64,000 nt of DNA, taken from an uncultured virus (IMG/VR IMGVR_UViG_3300021185_003889) (lineage: Duplodnaviria > Heunggongvirae > Uroviricota > Caudoviricetes). Shown piece after piece: positions 36,518 through 46,026 of this stretch. The stretch lies in the IMG/VR virus record IMGVR_UViG_3300021185_003889. The stretch is one strand, 5' to 3'. A model generated the notes under the pieces. It was not told the origin of the DNA. It saw only the letters and a list, made by a program, of their open reading frames with translations, and did no database searches. Made by a program: the position numbers and the translations under genes. Every line of letters starts with the position of its first letter. The first letter of the stretch is position 1.

Positions 36518-37314
36518 TATTCATTAAATAAGTCATCAAATTTACTAACATTGTCTTGGTTGCCAGCAGTAGCTGTTTCCAATGTAAAGTCAGTCTTTTG
36601 AGGACTTGAGCTTTCTGGCTTAGTTTCGGCACCTGCTGCAGGAGTAGAAGTCTCTTCAGCTCCAGGATTCAGGTAACTTTGTAGTTGCTTTTTAATGAAG
36701 TCGTAATCATATTCATTATGTACTTCAATAGGGTTAGGTTGAGTCTTTAGCCATAAGTCTACCTCATCATTATTATCTGATAAAGGAGTTTGTTTAGGTT
36801 TGATACGGACAGTAGTCTCAGGGTAAGGGTTACCTTGTACTTGTTCTACTACCATATCCCATCCATTAATAACGTCTGTGAAGTCTCCGATATCTTCATC
36901 TTCTGCTAAAGCAAGTAATGCTTTATAGATAGTAATACCGAATCCCCATAGTCTTACACCTTTATCTTCTTCTCCTCTTACTACAACAGGAGCAAAGATT
37001 CTAGTCTTAGGGTTAAGTTTTCCTGATAAAGACCAGTTATCCTTATCGTTTGTCTTTCTCAGTTCTTTTACGAACTCTTCAATAGGGTCTTGCTTACCAA
37101 AGTTTGATAAAGCTACCATAGGGTACTTTCCTACACCGTAATGAAATTTTAATTCCTTAAACGGGAATGCAGGATCATAGGCTGAAGGAACGATTCTAAT
37201 CGTCTGCTTGCCTAGTTCGGGTTTCCAAAATATTTTTGAATAATCCGTCTTTTCTCTTTGCTGGCCGTTATTATTTAACGTGTCCAACTTTGCGCGTATA
37301 GCATTTAAATCCAT
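36517..37314 (-). CDS. Single-stranded DNA-binding protein (T4 gp32-like)
   Basis: FWKP..GKQTIRIVP, LWGFG, acidic C-terminus FDDLFNE; context. Confidence 0.8.
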   Translation of the reverse strand: MDLNAIRAKLDTLNNNGQQREKTDYSKIFWKPELGKQTIRIVPSAYDPAFPFKELKFHYGVGKYPMVALSNFGKQDPIEEFVKELRKTNDKDNWSLSGKLNPKTRIFAPVVVRGEEDKGVRLWGFGITIYKALLALAEDEDIGDFTDVINGWDMVVEQVQGNPYPETTVRIKPKQTPLSDNNDEVDLWLKTQPNPIEVHNEYDYDFIKKQLQSYLNPGAEETSTPAAGAETKPESSSPQKTDFTLETATAGNQDNVSKFDDLFNE

Positions 37315-37344
37315 ATATAACTATTTTTAATATAACGTTTATTA

Positions 37345-37375
37345 TTAATATAAGAAGAAAAAGTCAATCGACCAA
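37345..37375 (-). promoter_or_regulatory. Promoter upstream of SSB
   Basis: TTG-N20-TATATTAA. Confidence 0.7.
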
Positions 37376-37386
37376 CTCTTAATATA

Positions 37387-37842
37387 CTAATTTACTTCTA
37401 TTATTTTGTAAAGCTTTGTGTTAACCCTTTTGAGTTCGGGCCCCTTAGTAAGTAGTACACAGTTTCTGTAATCAGGCCACTTTATTCTATAGGATGTGTC
37501 AAGTACACCTCCGTTTAGGTCCTTAATAAGAGTGTTCAAAGCGTTGATTGTATACAGAGTATTAGATTCTTTTTTTCTGTGTACTAATATTGTATTGTTT
37601 AGAAACGTTCCGACGTTTGCGAAGTCTACATTATACGTACATATAAACTCATCTTGAGATTTTGAATATAGTACGAAAATTTTGTTATATATGATTTTAT
37701 ACCTTTCTTGAATCTCCTGAAGGGTACTATCTAAAGTCTCTTCAGTAGCAAAGGTACAGAATAATTTGTTGCTCATATCCTCATTAAAGTAAATTGGCTC
37801 TATATCATAATCGAACTCAGGCCTTGTAACTGTATTTATCAT
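37387..37842 (-). CDS. Hypothetical phage protein
   Basis: NKLFCTF, HRKKESNTLYTINALN. Confidence 0.75.
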   Translation of the reverse strand: MINTVTRPEFDYDIEPIYFNEDMSNKLFCTFATEETLDSTLQEIQERYKIIYNKIFVLYSKSQDEFICTYNVDFANVGTFLNNTILVHRKKESNTLYTINALNTLIKDLNGGVLDTSYRIKWPDYRNCVLLTKGPELKRVNTKLYKIIEVN

Positions 37843-37862
37843 ATATAAATATCTTTTTTATT

Positions 37863-39188
37863 TTATAACACAAGATCTTTTGAATATTTTACTTTTATTG
37901 GGTATTTACCACCTTCTTCCAGTATCTCTTGTAGTTTTTCTAATGTTTCTTTTCCATCTTCTTTATGGAAGTCAAATAATAATGCATCATACGTATATAA
38001 AACTAATTTAGTTTTCTTGTCTTTCAAGTAACGTAGTGCTTCTTTTAATATAAGAATATTTCTTGAAGTCTCAAGCGATTGCATAATATAATTCATTAAT
38101 TTTTGAGGATTCATATCTTTTAACGCTTTAGTGAACGGTTTATTACTAATCGGCGCCAAGACTCTTCCGTTAGTTTCGTATTCGGTCCAAAGACCTTTGA
38201 TAAATCCATCGATTTTTTCAAACACGTCGAGAAAAGCGTATTTCTCGGGTATCTTTCCGTAAATTGCGTGAAAGTTAATCTGTTTTGCTTGATTGTACTC
38301 ATCGTCTGTTATTTCTTCTTTGTTAAAATATTGTTTTGCTAGTTGCTTATGAGCTGATTCGTCTGATAAAGGGTATCCAATCTGTTCACAAAGTAAACGC
38401 AAGTGATAACCATCAAAATCCAGCTCAACAAAATAATCACCGGTCGGACGAAAACATTTCCTGTGTTGTTCGCTTTTAGGAATAGCAGCGAAATTAACGC
38501 TATTGAAAGCATTAGTAGGTCTAGAAGTAGCATTGTATAAATTATAAGATGTTAATACTGAGTTATTAATTGTGTTAAATAATGCGTTACGAGGTTTAAA
38601 TAGTTCTATATAGTTATCGTAAAATACTCCTATTCCAGATTGTTCTAATAAAAAAAATACGTTTGTGGCTGTATTGTTATAAAAATCAAAACCAGAAGGT
38701 ATTTCATAACTTATAACTTTATTTACCTGTTCGTATACTTTCTCACAACTCTCATATAGTTTAGATATAGGAATAAGACAATTTATACTAGAAAAATCTC
38801 TAAATTTACTATAAAAATAATTAAGTGTATTATTTTCTCTGGTGTATTCTAATCTATCAAATTTTACCATTGAGTATAGTAATGATAAATCTATAGCATC
38901 CTGTAGATTAAAGTGATATAGTAACTCTTTCTTGTTAACTGTATATAGTTTACTAGCAGATAAAAGGATATCGTAGACACGTTCTTTTGAAACGTTTAAT
39001 CCTTCTTCATGATTGATAGGAATAATAAATCCATGCTTTGAATTTACTGGTCTTATATAAACAGCTACAGTAGAAGTAAGTTTAGGGTGGTATAGGTCAT
39101 TAGACGAAATAACGTCAACGTATAACCCTAATTTTGATAACCGTTGTAAACTTTCAAGTTTACTATCTTGTTCAACTATATAAAACAC
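37863..39188 (-). CDS. Second, compact family A DNA polymerase-like protein
   Basis: ELDFDGYHLR (motif A), AKQINFHAIYG (motif B), NYIMQS, YTYDALL (motif C); no intact exonuclease motifs seen. Confidence 0.8.
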   Translation of the reverse strand: MFYIVEQDSKLESLQRLSKLGLYVDVISSNDLYHPKLTSTVAVYIRPVNSKHGFIIPINHEEGLNVSKERVYDILLSASKLYTVNKKELLYHFNLQDAIDLSLLYSMVKFDRLEYTRENNTLNYFYSKFRDFSSINCLIPISKLYESCEKVYEQVNKVISYEIPSGFDFYNNTATNVFFLLEQSGIGVFYDNYIELFKPRNALFNTINNSVLTSYNLYNATSRPTNAFNSVNFAAIPKSEQHRKCFRPTGDYFVELDFDGYHLRLLCEQIGYPLSDESAHKQLAKQYFNKEEITDDEYNQAKQINFHAIYGKIPEKYAFLDVFEKIDGFIKGLWTEYETNGRVLAPISNKPFTKALKDMNPQKLMNYIMQSLETSRNILILKEALRYLKDKKTKLVLYTYDALLFDFHKEDGKETLEKLQEILEEGGKYPIKVKYSKDLVL

Positions 39189-39204
39189 TTATAAAACCTT
39201 TTAT

Positions 39205-39234
39205 GTAATATAAGAATATTTTACTTACGAACAA
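39205..39234 (-). promoter_or_regulatory. Promoter upstream of second PolA
   Basis: TTG-N19-TATATTAC. Confidence 0.55.
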
Positions 39235-39760
39235 ACTGAGAAGGGTCTTTTAATATTTGAGCACCGATTCCAGGTAGTATCTTTTCAGCTTTATTTATTA
39301 CATCTTGGTTCTTAGCTTTAGTACCAGGATAAAGGTAACCGTTTATAATTTGATCTTCAGGATCACCTTTTATATACCATTCTATCCTTATTACTCTTCT
39401 ATATAACTTACTTTCTTTTTTAAGTTTTTTATATTTTTCTGAACCTACTTCGATAATTTTATTTGTTCTTGAATCTTTACAAAAATATCTTTTAAGTATT
39501 CCTTTTTCATAATCAGCAGCAGATGGTATTACTCTTTGAGTAATAAATCTTTCATCACCCCCACCTTCAGCATGATCTTCTTCAACGTATTCTAATGGTT
39601 CAGAATCTTTTGATAAAGTATCTCCTTTAAAAAATCTTCCAAGAAAGTCTTGTATAAATTTTCCATTAAAGTTTAAACCAGTTTTAGGGTCAATAAGACT
39701 TCCTCCTAATTCCTTAAGTTTATCTTTAGCAGCTTGTTTATGTTTAGGTAAATACGCCAT
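39221..39760 (-). CDS. Hypothetical protein (baseplate region)
   Basis: 179 aa; coupled to the hub gene. Confidence 0.7.
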   Translation of the reverse strand: MAYLPKHKQAAKDKLKELGGSLIDPKTGLNFNGKFIQDFLGRFFKGDTLSKDSEPLEYVEEDHAEGGGDERFITQRVIPSAADYEKGILKRYFCKDSRTNKIIEVGSEKYKKLKKESKLYRRVIRIEWYIKGDPEDQIINGYLYPGTKAKNQDVINKAEKILPGIGAQILKDPSQFVRK

Positions 39761-42588
39761 TATACTTTATATTTAGATATTTTTCCTCTGTTAGCTTCTG
39801 CAAGAGCATTATCTATAGTCTTCTGTGCTTCAGATCCTGTACCCCATGATATATGAAAATGTTTACCTGTAGCAAACTTAGTTGCATTATCATATTCATT
39901 TATATAACGGAAGTAAGGATGTTCACCTGCAGCAAATCCTTTAAGTATCTTTTCTACTCTTTTAACATCTCTCGGGGAAGATGGAGTAATTGTAAAGTCT
40001 AATCCTCTTCCTTTTTTATGTCTACTTAAAGAACTTTTTAATTTTTGATGGTATAGATCATTCCCTGCAGAAAATCTTACTTCTAAATTAGGAAGCTTTT
40101 GTTTTATCATCCTAGCAACTGCTCTACCCATTTTTAAAGTATCACCAGTAATATCACCACCGCTTGATAATTCTCTTCCTTTTTCTTCATACCCAAGCGT
40201 TTCTAATGTAGCTCTCAAATCATTAGCATTAGGAGTAAGTAATGTATCAACTCCTACATCTTCAGAACTATCTACTAATGGTGGGTTGCTTCCTGCTCTT
40301 GCTCTAGATTGATTTTTATAATTATCTGCTGCTTCTGGTGAGGCACCTCTATCAGGATAGAATTGAGTTTTTATAGAAGTAATCCATCTATTTTTAGATA
40401 CTTTATGTTCTACTCCAGTAACAATATATGCCCAGTTATCATATTTAGAAGGTAACAAACCTCTATTGATTTTAAAAGTAGTACCTATTAAGAAACCTTG
40501 AATACCATCTATATCAAAAGATAATTCAACAGGAACAACTCCTTGTACTGATTTTTTATTTGCTACTCTATCTACTGTAAGTAGTTTTTGCATATCAGCG
40601 TTTAGTTCTGATCTTAAACTTTCAATATCTTCTGCTATATAATCCTGATCGCTAAATACACCTGCTCTATCATTCCATTTGTAAAAAAAGTTATATAGTT
40701 TTTTTAGATATTTTCCTTGTGCTATTTGTCTATCTTCTGCTTCATCTTGGTCATCTGTTCCTTTCATTTCAAGATGTCTATCAATAGCACCTCGGTTCCA
40801 TTCCATCATAGCTCCTAAATTATCTTTAGTATTACCAGAGTTACCTTGTGCTGCAATAGCTACTTGAGATGCAATAGCACTAGAAATAGTACTTGATATA
40901 TTAATATTAGAAACTACCGATGACAGACCAGTCATATTAATTACTGGAAGGTCTCCTGGTAAGGTATACTGTCTATCGACTACTTGAAACTTCTGTGAAG
41001 TATAGTTATAATATAAGTCAAAATTATTTACTTCACAAAAAGCTGCTTGTACGTTACTTAATACGTCTTTAATAACATTATACATACCAACAGTATCATC
41101 TTGAACTCCTGAAGTAACATCGTTTATACTCTTTTCAATACAGTATGTACTAACAAATATATTTAAAATGTCTGTTAATCCTCCATCATTACTTCTTGCA
41201 TGTTTTTGCATTAATGGTGATAAATCATCATGTATGCTTTTTTTATAAACTTCGCCTGCATCTCTAACATCGGTTAAACCTATTCTTTGAAAAATATTAG
41301 TAGGAGCTGCTTGACCATTTCTATCTCCTGAAGCTCCTGTTGGAAGTTTGGGAGGAAAAGCAACTATTGGATCACAAGAAATATGATCTTCAAAAGTTAA
41401 AAATTCATTACCAAAAGATAAATCAAAAAGTATAAACTCAGGATCATCCTTCTCAGGATTCTTTTTTGGGTCTCTCCACGAATTTAATTTATTTACCATC
41501 ATTAAAAAATCTCCTAATCTTATATACTGCAAAGGAAATCTTTTATCAAATTGATCACCTAAAAAGTGACCTTGTATATCTGTTTTTTGACTGAATACTT
41601 CAAAGTCATCTAAATACGATGCTACCTGTGATTGTTTTTTATCTATTAGATGTTCTTTACCGTTAAACTGGCCTTCTTTTTTTCCGTCTCTTAGGTAGTG
41701 AAAAATATAATGATAAATACTTTTGTACTTTCTATTTTCTTCTTCTTTATCTTCATCCTCCTCAGATGTTTTATCAGAAGTCATAGTAGGTTTTAATCCT
41801 TCTAATATTGCTCCTGATGATACAATTTTTACAGTACAGTTATAACTACCATCTTTTTCTATCTCGAATGAAAAATTAGTAATAAAACCAAACAATGCAT
41901 CATAATTACCTTCGTGAGCTTCTCTTACATTTGTTATTTGTTGAACAATAGTTTCAAAACTTTGTTTAGAAAAATAAGATTCGTCTGGTATAGTAATAGT
42001 ATCTAATCCAGTTTTAAGTATATTACCATTCTTATCTACAAATACTGAGTGACCCCATTCTAGTAATGCAGTATATCCTGGTCTAAAGTAAAGTAGTTCA
42101 CAAAGCTCTAAATCTTCTACTGAATATACTTTAAAAGATACGTTAGCTTCAGATAAAGTACCGAATGTACCTTTAGATTTTATGTTAGCATCTGTTATAC
42201 CGGGCATTGGTCTGTACCCAAGTCCATATTCACCATTAAAGTTTGAATAAGCAAACTTAGTATTAATTTCGTTTTGAGTTCTATTTACTCCAGCTCTTGC
42301 TTCTAACTGACCTGCCTCTAATGTCCCACCAGCTAGTTGAAAGTTTTCAGCTACTTTAGAATTCGTAGGTATACCTAATCTCTTATCTATCTCTATTAAT
42401 AGATTATCTAAATCAACTCCGTCATTTATTTGATTTACACTAGATCTGAGTTTAATCCAAGGAGTATTAGATTGTACTAAGTATGCTTTGCGAGAATTTT
42501 CTCCATCCTTAGCTACTATCTCTTGTCTTTTCTCTAACTGCTTTATTACTACGTCAGAGACTCTTGAACCGATTCCTTCTTTGGCCAT
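39760..42588 (-). CDS. Baseplate hub-like protein with C-terminal M15-type peptidase
   Basis: PMPGIT, LLEWGHS hub-type N-terminus; SRHKKGRGLDF...HFHISW Zn-peptidase motifs. Confidence 0.7.
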   Translation of the reverse strand: MAKEGIGSRVSDVVIKQLEKRQEIVAKDGENSRKAYLVQSNTPWIKLRSSVNQINDGVDLDNLLIEIDKRLGIPTNSKVAENFQLAGGTLEAGQLEARAGVNRTQNEINTKFAYSNFNGEYGLGYRPMPGITDANIKSKGTFGTLSEANVSFKVYSVEDLELCELLYFRPGYTALLEWGHSVFVDKNGNILKTGLDTITIPDESYFSKQSFETIVQQITNVREAHEGNYDALFGFITNFSFEIEKDGSYNCTVKIVSSGAILEGLKPTMTSDKTSEEDEDKEEENRKYKSIYHYIFHYLRDGKKEGQFNGKEHLIDKKQSQVASYLDDFEVFSQKTDIQGHFLGDQFDKRFPLQYIRLGDFLMMVNKLNSWRDPKKNPEKDDPEFILFDLSFGNEFLTFEDHISCDPIVAFPPKLPTGASGDRNGQAAPTNIFQRIGLTDVRDAGEVYKKSIHDDLSPLMQKHARSNDGGLTDILNIFVSTYCIEKSINDVTSGVQDDTVGMYNVIKDVLSNVQAAFCEVNNFDLYYNYTSQKFQVVDRQYTLPGDLPVINMTGLSSVVSNINISSTISSAIASQVAIAAQGNSGNTKDNLGAMMEWNRGAIDRHLEMKGTDDQDEAEDRQIAQGKYLKKLYNFFYKWNDRAGVFSDQDYIAEDIESLRSELNADMQKLLTVDRVANKKSVQGVVPVELSFDIDGIQGFLIGTTFKINRGLLPSKYDNWAYIVTGVEHKVSKNRWITSIKTQFYPDRGASPEAADNYKNQSRARAGSNPPLVDSSEDVGVDTLLTPNANDLRATLETLGYEEKGRELSSGGDITGDTLKMGRAVARMIKQKLPNLEVRFSAGNDLYHQKLKSSLSRHKKGRGLDFTITPSSPRDVKRVEKILKGFAAGEHPYFRYINEYDNATKFATGKHFHISWGTGSEAQKTIDNALAEANRGKISKYKV

Positions 42589-42893
42589 TACCTGTTTGCG
42601 TTTAGATTTTCATAGTCTTGGACTATCTTTTCTATATCAGCAGGTATTCTTAATTGTATTCCAGGCTCTACTAGCAGACCATCTTTCTTAGAGTTATTAG
42701 CAATAGCTATAACCCACCATAAACTACTATTTCCATAGAACTGTTGAGCTAGAATATCATATCTATCTCCTACTGTCGTAATTAAATACGTATCTTTTTG
42801 ACCTAAAGAAACATCAGGGTATATTGTATTTCTAAAATACCTTTTGCCTTCTAGGGTTTTTAACTTTTCACTATTTTTATATCGTATAGCCAT
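42588..42893 (-). CDS. LysM-like baseplate wedge/tail X protein
   Basis: GDRYDILAQQFYGNSSLWWVIAIAN...GIQLRIP. Confidence 0.85.
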   Translation of the reverse strand: MAIRYKNSEKLKTLEGKRYFRNTIYPDVSLGQKDTYLITTVGDRYDILAQQFYGNSSLWWVIAIANNSKKDGLLVEPGIQLRIPADIEKIVQDYENLNANR

Positions 42894-42894
42894 A

Positions 42895-45699
42895 TTAACT
42901 ATTAAAGTCTGCTAATGCATTTGCTCTTGCTTGTCTCTGTGCATCACGAGGTATCGGACCAAAAGCGTCTCCTTCTCCAACTCCTGATTTACCTGCTTCA
43001 GTATATTCATACACGTAATAAAATTCAGGTGCTCCAGTATTAGGGTCTTTTGATTCTTGATAATCAAGCATCTTATATTGTCTTCCTCCTACGAATTTAG
43101 GTTTAAATGGTCCAGGTTTCTGTTCTACTCCTCCTGCAGCTTGTATATCAGTAGTAGGTTGTACTGTACCAGTTTGTGCTATAGGTGTCTCTATAGCAGG
43201 AGTGTTAGCTGGAGGTGTTACTTGTGGTTCCGGTGCTGCTATTACTTCTGCAGGTTTTGGTGGTGTTACAACTTCAGCTTCAGGTCTAGGCTGGATAGCT
43301 GGTTTCGGTTGTGTTGTATTCACTGTATCAACTGGTTCTCTTTGAGTACCGTATTGAGCTCCAAAGTATGATTCATTATTATTTTCTAAATCAATATCAT
43401 TTTTAACTTCAAAGTTATGTATAGGAGTAAATGATACACTTACATTAAGTATAGTTGGTACTTGTGGAACATTTTCATCGAATAAATCTATTTCCCATGG
43501 GTAACCTGTTTCCCAACTTAAATCAACTTTAGATATAAACCCATCTTGTCTGTCAAAATATTCTCCGATAGATAAGGTTGTTAATGTACCTCTCATAAAG
43601 TTACCTGCCTTACTATATGTAGGTGCAGTTGATGCAACTAAATGATTTAATTTTTTATATAAAGGTAATAATTCTTGTTTTGAGAATGCTGCTACTTTAA
43701 AATTAAAAGAAACATCTCTTTTAAACCCTTGATAAGTATAGAACTCTTCAGCTCTACCAACATATTGAGTACCTGCCCAATCTCCAGAGAAGCTATCTTG
43801 CATATCATCTAAAAATGCTCTAAAGAATATAAATTTTTGTCCATCTGGAGTTAATGTATTAAATGTAAAAGGAATAATATCTCCTTTGTAATACTGCCAT
43901 GTAGCATCTTCAGCTACTGCTCCTGCATCTGTGTTACCAACTTCAATAACATTAGACATGTTTATAAAATCTCCTACTCCTTTAGTTGCATACCCTAATC
44001 TTACTCCTACTTCTTGTGTTGTATAATCTGGAAGTAGATCTGTTGGTGTGTTAGAACTGTAACCGTTAGTATCAGGTCCTATGCTTTCTCCTTTGCCTTT
44101 TACACCTGCATTAACACCGTACTTACGTATCTTTCTAAAATCTATTAGTTTAGTGACTCTTTCAACATTAGTATTACCAGATGATACAGTGCCTCCTAAT
44201 TCAGTTTTAAGGTCTTCTGATTCAGGAATTGATTGCTCCTGAAGATACATTTTAAGTTGAGAAGGATTGTTAGGGTTATACTGTCTTTCTATAACACCAG
44301 TTACTCCTCCTTCTTCATCAACAAAAGTTCTAAATTCTCCTTCAGCAACACCATCAGGTCCTATTTGAGGCATTATACGTCCAGTAGTTGAAGGACCTTG
44401 AACGTTAACACCAGCTGCAAATTCTGAAGTATCGACTATTTGTTCTGCATCTTCTTTTGCAGTTTTTTGTGCAGTTAATTCATTATACTCTCCTGGTACT
44501 GTGTTTACTGTTTGATCTGACAATCCAGCAATGTTTGTTCTATCTGCACTTCCTGATGAAAGAGTGTACTCAGGACGTAATGGTTTTAGTTTACCATTTA
44601 CGTTTATTAGTTGTTCTGATTCTTTTTTACTAAGGAAGTCTGGTGCTTGAGGTTCAAATCCTCTTCCTCCGTCATTTTCTCTAACTATTCTTTTTTCACC
44701 ACCTCTTATTAAAGGTCTTCCTTCTATTTCGTCTCCTCCTACGCCTGATGAAAGATGATTAGCAGGATCTTTTAAACCTTTAAGATCGGATTGAATAGAG
44801 TCATGCATTTCCTTCTCTTCATCAGAGATTAACCCTGTTGGGGTCATAGGTTGGAAATTTTCTTGACCTAAATTATCTCCTTTTACTTTAAAAATATCTC
44901 CTAATTTAGATCTATCTAAAGGATTTTTTATTTTATCATTTTTCTTTTTAGAAAATATACCTTTAATAAATCCTCCTGCCTTCCCAACGATTTCATCAGC
45001 TTTTTGTCCTGTTAAAGCTTCAATTCCTCTGGCTACTGTATCTACGTAAGGGTTAATTCTTAACTTATCGAGTAGGGTAGAGGAAAAATCATCTCCTCCT
45101 GGTTTAAGATCGAATTTACTATTTAACTCTAATAAGTCACTTTGAACATTAGGTCTGTATCCTGGTTGTCCTAAATTATCTTCTATAATAGTTTTACCAG
45201 TTAATGCTCTTGAGGAACCTAATAATGAATTTACACCTAATACTTCAGCTATAAATCTACCTAAACCAGTTTTTTGGCCCATATCCTTTTTAAGGTAAGT
45301 ATCTTGTACAAACCCATGAGTAAAGTGTGTACCGGTACCATTAACGGGTGCTTGGGCTAGTGTTGCTCCTATTATAAGTGCTATTTCCTTAGGAGATTTA
45401 CCTAGTATAGCCTGGTTAAGTCCAAATTTTAATCCTGGTTTATCTTTTATTACTTTAGATAATCTTTTTAAATCATCAGCTCTTGAACCTATAATACTAC
45501 TCGCTTCAGGAGTAGGTGCAGCATCGAATCTTCCTGATATAAGACCAGTTGAATCTTTTTCGAATTGATGTCCAGGTACTTTTTTCGTTACATACGGATC
45601 CTTGCCCACAGTCTGACCAGTAGAGGTAGTTGTAGTGTACTTCAGAGACTTAAAATCAGTCTTCTGAGTTATTAAAGGATTACCGTGAACGCCTGGCAT
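42895..45699 (-). CDS. Baseplate/tail-tube initiator-like structural protein
   Basis: FRAFL..DSFSGDW..YVGRAEEFYTYQGFKRDVSF tube-like domain; Pro-rich linker. Confidence 0.65.
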   Translation of the reverse strand: MPGVHGNPLITQKTDFKSLKYTTTTSTGQTVGKDPYVTKKVPGHQFEKDSTGLISGRFDAAPTPEASSIIGSRADDLKRLSKVIKDKPGLKFGLNQAILGKSPKEIALIIGATLAQAPVNGTGTHFTHGFVQDTYLKKDMGQKTGLGRFIAEVLGVNSLLGSSRALTGKTIIEDNLGQPGYRPNVQSDLLELNSKFDLKPGGDDFSSTLLDKLRINPYVDTVARGIEALTGQKADEIVGKAGGFIKGIFSKKKNDKIKNPLDRSKLGDIFKVKGDNLGQENFQPMTPTGLISDEEKEMHDSIQSDLKGLKDPANHLSSGVGGDEIEGRPLIRGGEKRIVRENDGGRGFEPQAPDFLSKKESEQLINVNGKLKPLRPEYTLSSGSADRTNIAGLSDQTVNTVPGEYNELTAQKTAKEDAEQIVDTSEFAAGVNVQGPSTTGRIMPQIGPDGVAEGEFRTFVDEEGGVTGVIERQYNPNNPSQLKMYLQEQSIPESEDLKTELGGTVSSGNTNVERVTKLIDFRKIRKYGVNAGVKGKGESIGPDTNGYSSNTPTDLLPDYTTQEVGVRLGYATKGVGDFINMSNVIEVGNTDAGAVAEDATWQYYKGDIIPFTFNTLTPDGQKFIFFRAFLDDMQDSFSGDWAGTQYVGRAEEFYTYQGFKRDVSFNFKVAAFSKQELLPLYKKLNHLVASTAPTYSKAGNFMRGTLTTLSIGEYFDRQDGFISKVDLSWETGYPWEIDLFDENVPQVPTILNVSVSFTPIHNFEVKNDIDLENNNESYFGAQYGTQREPVDTVNTTQPKPAIQPRPEAEVVTPPKPAEVIAAPEPQVTPPANTPAIETPIAQTGTVQPTTDIQAAGGVEQKPGPFKPKFVGGRQYKMLDYQESKDPNTGAPEFYYVYEYTEAGKSGVGEGDAFGPIPRDAQRQARANALADFNS

Positions 45700-45703
45700 T
45701 TAT

Positions 45704-45991
45704 TTATCTTGGTAGGTTATCCGAATACTTATTTGGTGTTTTGCCATCTAAGTCAAATTCTGAATACTCGCCGGTTGATTTGTATTTAACATTTGTTGCT
45801 TCTTCTTGATTCTTTGCAACAAACCCTTTGTTAACTTTACCAAATCCTTCAGCTTCTTGTCCAAAATTACCTTGAGCATGCATTTGAGAAGAATTAAATG
45901 CTCCTGATCTTTTTTCGATTTGTGTACCTTCTTTTGATCCCGGCTTTATTTGACTGGAATCACTTGCGTTAAAAATGTCTATTAGTCCCAT
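45704..45991 (-). CDS. Hypothetical structural-region protein
   Basis: Terminal DLDGKTPNKYSDNLP. Confidence 0.65.
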   Translation of the reverse strand: MGLIDIFNASDSSQIKPGSKEGTQIEKRSGAFNSSQMHAQGNFGQEAEGFGKVNKGFVAKNQEEATNVKYKSTGEYSEFDLDGKTPNKYSDNLPR

Positions 45992-46026
45992 GTTTTATTA
46001 ATTTAAATTGTTTAGTATAAATAGTT

